This document shows, piece by piece, positions 1-7,223 of a DNA stretch of 64,000 bases. The stretch's first letter is position 1, and every line of letters begins with the position of its first letter. Made by a program: the position numbers and the translations under genes. Under the pieces are notes generated by a model. That model saw only the letters and a list, made by a program, of their open reading frames with translations, was not told the DNA's origin and ran no database searches. Source of the stretch: Huintestinicola sp. (lineage in GTDB: Bacteria > Bacillota > Clostridia > Oscillospirales > Ruminococcaceae); contig JBJERW010000088.1 in assembly GCA_051882475.1 (NCBI GenBank), positions 598 to 64,597 of the forward strand, written 5' to 3'.

Positions 1-115
1 AGACCCAACTTTCTAATAAAAAGAAAAAATATGAGGATAAGTCCACGTTTGGGTGTATGAAAGCATCCTCATAGCTATATTATATCATAACATATCAAAA
101 TAACAAAAAATTTAC

Positions 116-144
116 TTGACAAAGTATTTGAAGCGTGGTATACT
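116..144 (+). promoter_or_regulatory. sigma-A promoter
   Basis: TTGACA(116-121)-17 nt-TATACT(139-144) with TG extension; no ORF follows. Confidence 0.7.
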
Positions 145-165
145 GCGCTTAATAGAACCCGCCTC

Positions 166-215
166 GCTTAGTCTTACTTAGGTTTGCTTAGGTTTGCTTC
201 GGCTTGCTTTAGTTT
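166..215 (+). repeat. 5 x 10-bp degenerate tandem repeat (GCTTAGGTTT-like)
   Basis: gcttagtctt/acttaggttt/gcttaggttt/gcttcggctt/gctttagttt, enclosed by CCCGCC(158-163) and GGCGGG(229-234). Confidence 0.85.
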
Positions 216-427
216 GAATGCGCAACTCGGCGGGAATTTTTATATAAGATGATAGAGGGATTAGTATGTAGCAGTAAAAAAATGCGGTTGTGATTTTTTG
301 CTTGAAGCCAAATCCCTCTTCTTAATGTTGTGCAAAAGAGTGCCCTCAAACACCGAGGGGTGAAAGAGGGCAAGAGAAGAAAAAGAGATGGGTAAGACCA
401 AATATTAGATGATTTCATTTTAAAATG

Positions 428-584
428 TCCGGAACGTTGTTTCCTTTTTCCGTTATTATCAGGGGTAAAGCTTCAGCAACAATTTGCTTTCTGGCTGGCA
501 GTGAACCTGTTCTTTTGGGTGGATACGTTTTATCAGACCTCTTTGAATCTGGTGAGGAATGCAAGACTTTTAATGTTCCGGATT
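428..584 (-). ncRNA. Candidate structured ncRNA with paired 5' and 3' ends
   Basis: Minus-strand TTGGAA(614-619)-17-TATAAT(591-596); inverted repeat tccggaacgtt(428-438)/aatgttccgga(572-582); internal hairpins; no ORF. Confidence 0.4.
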
Positions 585-609
585 GTTATTATTATACCAT
601 ATTAGTGTA

Positions 610-1395
610 TCAGTTCCAAATTATCTTTGTTCCGTCGTTATTTGTATAGAATTCATCCTCATATTTTTTCCTTTCATCATTCAGTTTGTTTTTGCCAAGG
701 CACGTTACAGTCATCGAAAAATCACACATAGTTTCTATTATAACATCATCTCCACAGTTTGGCGAATAGATTGATAATACTTTAGCATCTTTGAGTATTG
801 ATGACCATTCATCGACATCGCTTATGTCGTCAAAGCGCTTTATCCCTATTATACACTTTGCATTAAGATTATATGTCGAAAGAATATTGCTATCGACCAT
901 AGTATTACTATTTGATATCGTTCCGTGAAATCTAACGGAAATGCTGTTTGTTGGCCAGAATAACCTTCCGTTTACCAATTCGAAAACTACTTCATTTAAT
1001 GTAATTTCTTTGTAATGGTCAAGAACAGATGATAAAATATCCATTTTAACTGTCGGTGTATCCCATCCGTAAAGATTGATGATTTCTTTTCTTCCAAGAG
1101 GGGAACGAGCTCCGGATGATAATGTGTTGACATTTATATGAATAATCCTTCTGAAGCAAAAATCCCATCTTGTTGAAAAGAGAATCGGCTCGAATGTTTC
1201 TGTCAAAATAAAAGAATATACATCTGATACTATTTTTGTTACGTAAACATCATTATTAATAAGAGCATATACTTCTATTTTTTCTGTGGGTTTCAACCTT
1301 TGAAGCAAATGCATAAATAAAGGCTCCCCGGTATCTTCAAGCTCGATTAATGTATTCCGTTTTACTCTGTTGCTGTCGTGCGTTATTTTTAACAT
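610..1395 (-). CDS. Hypothetical protein, 261 aa
   Basis: Long ORF with AAGGAGGAG RBS and upstream TTGACA; no motif recognised. Confidence 0.75.
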   Translation of the reverse strand: MLKITHDSNRVKRNTLIELEDTGEPLFMHLLQRLKPTEKIEVYALINNDVYVTKIVSDVYSFILTETFEPILFSTRWDFCFRRIIHINVNTLSSGARSPLGRKEIINLYGWDTPTVKMDILSSVLDHYKEITLNEVVFELVNGRLFWPTNSISVRFHGTISNSNTMVDSNILSTYNLNAKCIIGIKRFDDISDVDEWSSILKDAKVLSIYSPNCGDDVIIETMCDFSMTVTCLGKNKLNDERKKYEDEFYTNNDGTKIIWN

Positions 1396-1484
1396 GGTGC
1401 CACTCCTCCTTTATTATAGAATGACATATGTTTTAAGGTTTGTCAAGCGATTTAAGTTCTTTTCGTGTTTTTGAAAAGCAAAAA

Positions 1485-1500
1485 AGCCCCCGGAGGGGCT
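1485..1500 (-). terminator. Rho-independent terminator
   Basis: agcccc-cgga-ggggct stem followed by T-tract on minus strand. Confidence 0.75.
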
Positions 1501-1675
1501 GAGTTAATGTTTGTTTTGAATACTGCGGCAAATTTATAAAAACCGACTCGGTTAATTATCCCTACCGGATTTTCTTTCCGGTCAATAGTATATTACTTGT
1601 GTCAGGGTACTTCTCAAACGATTTGAGTCGTTTGAGTTATTTACAATACCCATATCTATTGACCGGTTATTTCTT

Positions 1676-2029
1676 TTAACGTCCCCAAGCATTTTGCATA
1701 GCCGTATCAAAATCATAATTCAAAGCAAGCTTTCTCAACTTATCTTTCTCCTTCTTGCAAATCTTGTTTCTACATAATATTATTACATACTTTTCATCAC
1801 CTACTGTGAAGAAATACGTCATTGCATCATACCCGGGTTGTGAAGTATTGATTACATCAAGAACCTTACTGACAGCACTAATGATTTCGTCAAAAATTTC
1901 ATCGTCCTTAAATTCTGTTGCGAACTTAATGATTGGGGTCATTCGCTCAATAATGACATTTTTGGGAGCGAATTTAATTCCCTTCAATCCGTCTGCAACG
2001 AGAATATTATTAATTTTAATTTTACTCAT
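1676..2029 (-). CDS. Hypothetical protein, 117 aa (MSKIKINN...)
   Basis: Start moved to ATG 2029 behind AGGAGG RBS and own promoter (2061-2089). Confidence 0.7.
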   Translation of the reverse strand: MSKIKINNILVADGLKGIKFAPKNVIIERMTPIIKFATEFKDDEIFDEIISAVSKVLDVINTSQPGYDAMTYFFTVGDEKYVIILCRNKICKKEKDKLRKLALNYDFDTAMQNAWGR

Positions 2030-2223
2030 GTGCACATACCTCCTCTTTTTTTCTATAATTATTATACCATGTATCTCATTCGTCTGCAATCGATTTAGGC
2101 CTATTTTGACTTTTTCAGATTTGCACATATAAATCCCACTGTCCGTAGATACCACACAGGGATGTGTTACTCTTGAAACGCACTTCACTTATCTAGGGAA
2201 AATATAGCTTCCTCAATTTTCTC

Positions 2224-2625
2224 TTATGAAGTCCTTACAAGCCCACCAATCATCGGTCTTACTCCGATACAGCCCATATCAGAACAGGATTCGTCATTAA
2301 GGTTTATCACCATCGCATACGGAGTGAGGTCCTCAATATCCATATCATCATATTTCCATTCGTCTTCGTGCTGACTAACGTAAAGAAGTGACAGACACAG
2401 TCCGAACTGAGTAGGAGTTAAGATTGCATGGTAGACAAGAGCATTGTATTTTGCTTCAAAATTTGCGATTATCTCCTGTTCCTCTTCGTTTGCCCAATAA
2501 AGAAAACCAATCTGCTCACTTACGTTGACCGTACCGTTTTTTAAGTCGCTGATTGTATTTGGGTGGAGCTTGAGCATTTTCATCCTCTTTATTGCTTCTG
2601 CAAGCTGTTTTTCTCTCGATATCAT
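2224..2625 (-). CDS. Hypothetical protein, 133 aa
   Basis: ORF with AAGGAGG RBS; no motif recognised. Confidence 0.75.
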   Translation of the reverse strand: MISREKQLAEAIKRMKMLKLHPNTISDLKNGTVNVSEQIGFLYWANEEEQEIIANFEAKYNALVYHAILTPTQFGLCLSLLYVSQHEDEWKYDDMDIEDLTPYAMVINLNDESCSDMGCIGVRPMIGGLVRTS

Positions 2626-2687
2626 TATTTATCGACCTCCTTGTTTTTCAATAGTTCAATTCGTCATTTGTTTTCTCTATGCGTTCT

Positions 2688-2719
2688 TTTGCTTCGGTCA
2701 GACACCTGACCGAAGCAAA
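2688..2719. terminator. 14-bp perfect hairpin, probable terminator
   Basis: tttgcttcggtcag-acac-ctgaccgaagcaaa just past the 2738 stop. Confidence 0.65.
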
Positions 2720-2737
2720 TCTATTTCTTGATGATAA

Positions 2738-3316
2738 TCACATTGTATCATCAATGGGTATTGATGTCAGCACGGATTCCCATGAAGCACCAAAATGAGT
2801 AACGCCCCAAAGATACACATTAAAATCAGGAACATAGTACACGATCTCATCGGTATATCTTCTCAGGATATCATATCCGTTGGCATCAGTGATAAAGAAC
2901 TCAAATATATCGTTTGAGTATTCATAATTAAGTGTTTCTATTTCATTTTCATGAGCGCCAATATCATCCTCAAGCAAAGATATTTCCTGTTCTATCTGTT
3001 CTTCAGTACGCAGTGAATTACCACTTTTGGGCATTAGCGATTTTTCTTCCTCAAGTTCATTGATTTTGTCCTGAATCACTTCGATTTCTTCCCGGATTTC
3101 CTCAACTCTCTTATTACGCTCATACGGAGTGTACGTTTTTCCGTCGCTATCAACGTAATGAACTTCATTTCCGTTCACAAGCTCAAAATCATATTTCATA
3201 AACTTGTCTGCGTTACACTCAATATGTGGAAAAGAAGAAGCAAATGCTGCAAAGTCAACATATCCATTTTTCTCCCCGTAAGAGCTGATTTCAGAACCCA
3301 AAAAATATCTACTCAT
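2738..3316 (-). CDS. Acidic hypothetical protein with central coiled coil, 192 aa (MSRYFLG...)
   Basis: AGGAGG RBS before ATG 3316; E-rich heptad segment; aromatic C-terminal YLWGVTHFGASW. Confidence 0.75.
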   Translation of the reverse strand: MSRYFLGSEISSYGEKNGYVDFAAFASSFPHIECNADKFMKYDFELVNGNEVHYVDSDGKTYTPYERNKRVEEIREEIEVIQDKINELEEEKSLMPKSGNSLRTEEQIEQEISLLEDDIGAHENEIETLNYEYSNDIFEFFITDANGYDILRRYTDEIVYYVPDFNVYLWGVTHFGASWESVLTSIPIDDTM

Positions 3317-3751
3317 AATAAATACCTCCTGATAAATTATTTTTGCTATGCTGTATCGGCGATAGCGTACAGGCACTAAAAAAGCACCTATCATCCTTAT
3401 CAGAGATGATAAATGCGTATTGTGAGTATAAGAACCCAAACCCTTACGGAAATCGCAGGAGTATTTGTGTACTTTATCTCTTATATGCCTTCACCACCTC
3501 TTGCACCTCGTCAAAAACGGATTGGATTTCTGACTTCATCTGACAACATTTTCAGTTATCATAAAGCTTTATGGAGGCCTTCATTATTTTAATAATGTAA
3601 ATTATCCTCCGGATAGTAGCTTTATTGGTGCATAAAAAACTTGTTTTTAAATAAAAATCACAAATCATCGTGATATTAACGTAATTTGATTCGAATCATA
3701 AAGCTCAAGTTCTGAACAATATAAATCTCAGTGTCTTTTGCTTACAAACAT

Positions 3752-4040
3752 ATTATAGCATGCTGCTTTTTCCTTTGCAAGCGATTTAGCCCATTTTTGG
3801 AATTTCAGGAATCAGAACGTTGGTCTTGTCATTTCCTAATGTTAAGAATCCATTCCGCCATCCTGTCATGTCCATACTATTATAAATGTGGACGGAGTAA
3901 TGAGGTCCTATCTGCAAGCCTGTTCTTGTTGTCGGTCTAATGATATCATGCCGGGATTGTCTTGTCAAGCGATTTACCCCCTTTTGGGGATTTTCAGGAA
4001 TTGGAACATTGGTTATTGGCTTTTCTAATGATAAGAAGCC
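3752..4040 (-). promoter_or_regulatory. Two tandem sigma-A promoters, each preceded by a copy of a degenerate ~75-bp direct repeat
   Basis: TTGCAA(3775-3780)-17-TATAAT(3752-3757) and TTGACA(3963-3968)-17-TATCAT(3940-3945); 3778-3850 aligns with 3966-4040. Confidence 0.7.
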
Positions 4041-4164
4041 TTTGCGCTGCGGTTTTTTTACCATTATAAAGTAATGTCACCAATTGAAACTAACTTTCGT
4101 TGCGCCTCAAACACCAAATTCAGGGTTTCATATTTGCTGCATAAAGCAATACTATATGAAAAAA

Positions 4165-4212
4165 TTCTGTTTGCCTCGCTGACAACGGATTTCATCAGCG
4201 AGGCAAACAGAA
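4165..4212. terminator. 18-bp perfect inverted repeat, probable terminator of the SNF2/RM operon
   Basis: ttctgtttgcctcgctga ... tcagcgaggcaaacagaa. Confidence 0.75.
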
Positions 4213-4315
4213 AATACAATAGTTTATTCTGGAAGTAGTTTTTCTTGCAGAAAAGAGAAGAGAAGCAGAAAATTTTTTTATTGTTGATAATGCTTACAAA
4301 ATCATTCCTGATTTT

Positions 4316-5030
4316 TCAGATAACCACACTATTCTCAACCAAAAACTTCAAACTTGATTGAATATGAACATTAGCGCTTGAAATCAAAACATATTTCCAA
4401 GGCGTACCACCGTTTTGTGCGTTGTATGCAGATGCCTCGCTGCAATATTTCATAGCAGCTTTTGATTTTGCCAAGACAACATCATCGATATCACCGTTGA
4501 CTTTGCGAGCATCCTTGGTTTCAACCATAAATATCATGTCTTTGGTTTCTACAACAAAGTCAGGCTGATATCGGCTGCCGCTGTTACGGTCGTAATAGAT
4601 ATTGAACTGATTTATATTGGGACAAAGCCAGCGCAGAACATCATTATCATTTTCAAGAACTGTTGCAAACACTCTTTCGGTATTACTGTCAAATTTATAC
4701 ATCGTATGACAGCTCTTTGTAAAGCCCTTGAATATTCTTTTCGGCACTTCGCTTGGCGGCATAGATGCTCTGTAATCATATATCCGGTCGGACACATATT
4801 TGCCGCCGAAGCCCGTTTCAATTTTGCTGAAAGGTCGCATAGTTGAAATGGAGTATGCAACATCTTCGTGAAAAAAGTGGCTTTTCATCTGGGCATAGAT
4901 ATTGTCAGCTATATTGACCTTGAACTGCCGCAGCACCTTTTCCACATCATCATCGCTTTTAATATAACTCTTTAAGTGAGTTTTGAGTTGACCTATCAGC
5001 TTATAAATCAAATCTGAACAAACATTGTAA
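4316..5030 (-). pseudogene. res: C-terminal endonuclease fragment of a type III restriction (Res) subunit
   Basis: YQPDFVVET...MVETK (PD-(D/E)xK), FDSNTE, PWKYVLI; helicase motifs absent; Res-like frame (YNVCSDLIYKL) starts abruptly near 5030. Confidence 0.75.
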
Positions 5031-5322
5031 GCCTTGAATACATTAGATTAAGCCATGTACTGTGTTCCAAATTGTCATCATAGTGCTCAAATGCCGCACC
5101 CGTATTATAGGGCGGATCGATATAAATGCACTTAACCTTTCCCGCATATTCCTGCTCCAGAGCTTTCAATGCAAGAAGGTTATCGCCGTGGATAAGCATA
5201 TTTTCGGTGTCTTGGTCGCCGTATGACTTGTCCTTATCGTGAATAAGTATTCTCGGTTCAACTTTTATCTCATCGTTTTTGCCTATCCAGGTCAGTTCGA
5301 GTTTGGGATTGTTGTTTTCCAT
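5008..5322 (-). pseudogene. mod: N-terminal fragment of a type III modification methyltransferase (Mod)
   Basis: KLELTWIGK, LIHGDNLLALKAL, CIYIDPPYNTG, WLNLMYSRL then stop at 104 aa; no TRD or SAM-binding FxGxG motif. Confidence 0.85.
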
Positions 5323-5328
5323 GTTATT

Positions 5329-6331
5329 TTTCTCCTTTAGAAACGAATTGGGATGTCGGAAGGGACTATATTTTTGGCAAGTTCGGTATATCCATTATGA
5401 TTCAGATACATTTTCAGATTTCTTTCGGCAAGTTCATAATTGGCAAGCGGTCCGATTCTGACAGATTTTACGATATCTCTGAAATCTTCGTCAATAGTAA
5501 TTTCCAGATAAGGAATTAAATAGCCATTTCTTGTTTTGAAATTAAGATATTTTGACTGAAATGATTCATTCCCGTTTGGAACTGATATAATTGCTCTAAT
5601 TTCTTTTTCATACATAAATGCGCTATCTTTAACTAAGAACTTATATTTATTGATAAATTCTTTTATTTGTGAGAATAATGCTTCGTTTATATTCGTTTTT
5701 TTGCCTGACAAATTGATTACCAGTGTTCGATTAGAATTATAAATATTATGATTGAATATTTCATCTATTTCTTTTGTAAAGAAGTTTACCTTTTTAATAT
5801 CAGAATATTCTACAGCCCCGACATTAAAATCCACTTTATATTCGGATAGCTTTTGGAACACTTTGTTCTGAAGATAATTTATATCTATTTCGAGAGAATA
5901 GCCCAATTGTCCGCTTGAACAATAATAATTCCACATAGGCAAACTGTCTTTTTCTTCGGAAAAACACATTATATACGGTTCAGATGGCAAACATCCATAA
6001 TCCCCATTGCTCTTCTTTTTTTCACTGCTGAAATTAAATATATATGGAGCATATGGAAAGGAAAGGTTGCTTTTTATGTAATTATACTCAGAGTCACTTA
6101 GTTTTCCTGAATCTTTAAGATTGTTTAATGCTGTTATAAGATGTTTAATTATATCTGTTCCCTCGTTAATATCATTTACGCTATCTGCTTTTGTAAAATG
6201 TAATTTCATCTTATTTTTTCCTAAAATACCCATCAGTCCAGCTTCTGACGTATAATGAAAGACAGTAGAACTGTTAAAAGTATCATTTATCATTTTATTT
6301 CTCCTTTAGAAACGAATTGGGATGTCGGAAG
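5329..6331. repeat. 34-bp identical direct repeat at the 3' ends of both DUF2971-like genes (5329-5362, 6298-6331)
   Basis: tttctcctttagaaacgaattgggatgtcggaag twice; encodes SDIPIRF-stop plus the next gene's RBS. Confidence 0.9.
5337..6293 (-). CDS. DUF2971-like protein, 318 aa
   Basis: FHYTS..GL.GI, NDINEG, CFSEEKDSLPMWNYY, VEY, KDSAFMYEKEIR, IGP. Confidence 0.8.
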   Translation of the reverse strand: MINDTFNSSTVFHYTSEAGLMGILGKNKMKLHFTKADSVNDINEGTDIIKHLITALNNLKDSGKLSDSEYNYIKSNLSFPYAPYIFNFSSEKKKSNGDYGCLPSEPYIMCFSEEKDSLPMWNYYCSSGQLGYSLEIDINYLQNKVFQKLSEYKVDFNVGAVEYSDIKKVNFFTKEIDEIFNHNIYNSNRTLVINLSGKKTNINEALFSQIKEFINKYKFLVKDSAFMYEKEIRAIISVPNGNESFQSKYLNFKTRNGYLIPYLEITIDEDFRDIVKSVRIGPLANYELAERNLKMYLNHNGYTELAKNIVPSDIPIRF

Positions 6332-7217
6332 AAGTTATTCTATAATTATTGTAGCCATTATAAGTTAGATACATTTTCAAGTTTTCTTCTGCTATAGAAT
6401 CGTTTGAAAGCGGACCAATCATAATTTCGTACACTAAGTTTGACGGGCTTTTATCAAATTCCAGTTGAAGAAATGGAACGATCATTCCACTTCTTGCACG
6501 AAAGCCCAAACCGTTGCAATTCTGATTCTTTATTTTAGGCACTTTGATAATTAGCCGAACTTCCTTTTCATATTCAAAAGAGGTGTGCTTAAATAGATAT
6601 TGATATTCATTTATCATATCAACTATCGTATTAATTCGATTTGAAAAATAAGCTTGTTCAATTCGTTCTTGAATAATTCTATGTTTTTCATCAGTAGAAT
6701 AAATTACATTATAAAAGTCAAAATCAGATATTCCATATTTTTCGGATTTTGTTTCAATAACTGATTTTAACTTCTTTTTATCAATTTTTATAGAATACCC
6801 TTGTGTACCGGCATTTGTGTAATAATTCCACATAGGCAGACAATCTTTCTCTGTTGAAAAACTCATAATAAAAAAATCAAATTTACTATCATTAAGCATC
6901 CTGCGATAATGTACGATTTGCGATCTTGAATACTCTGTTTTTTCGGCTATTGTACCAACTTTATCGGTATACAAAGAGTTGATTGCATAAAAGAAATCAA
7001 TGTCTATTTTCTTCTCTTCTAACATTTCTTTACAAACATCGTCAAGGCATTTATAAAAATCTTTTCCCTCGCTTTTATCATTAAGGCTGTTTGCTTTTGA
7101 TAGCTGCAAGATGAATTTGTCTTTTTTAAAGATGCCAAGTATTCCGTTTTCCGAGGTATAATGGTATAACCAATTATCTTTATTCAAGTATTCTCGGACA
7201 GTTATATCATTTTCCAT
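6306..7217 (-). CDS. DUF2971-like protein, 303 aa
   Basis: YHYTS..GI.GI, LNDKSEG, SFSTEKDCLPMWNYY, VIY, KHTSFEYEKEVR, IGP. Confidence 0.8.
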   Translation of the reverse strand: MENDITVREYLNKDNWLYHYTSENGILGIFKKDKFILQLSKANSLNDKSEGKDFYKCLDDVCKEMLEEKKIDIDFFYAINSLYTDKVGTIAEKTEYSRSQIVHYRRMLNDSKFDFFIMSFSTEKDCLPMWNYYTNAGTQGYSIKIDKKKLKSVIETKSEKYGISDFDFYNVIYSTDEKHRIIQERIEQAYFSNRINTIVDMINEYQYLFKHTSFEYEKEVRLIIKVPKIKNQNCNGLGFRARSGMIVPFLQLEFDKSPSNLVYEIMIGPLSNDSIAEENLKMYLTYNGYNNYRITSSDIPIRF

Positions 7218-7223
7218 AGATAA

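Noticed and set aside
166-215. Type III TA (ToxI-like) or CRISPR repeats
   Set aside because: 10-bp units are far shorter than those repeats and no toxin ORF follows
4316-5322. Functional type III RM system or phase-variable mod
   Set aside because: Most of both genes is missing and there is no simple-sequence repeat at the break
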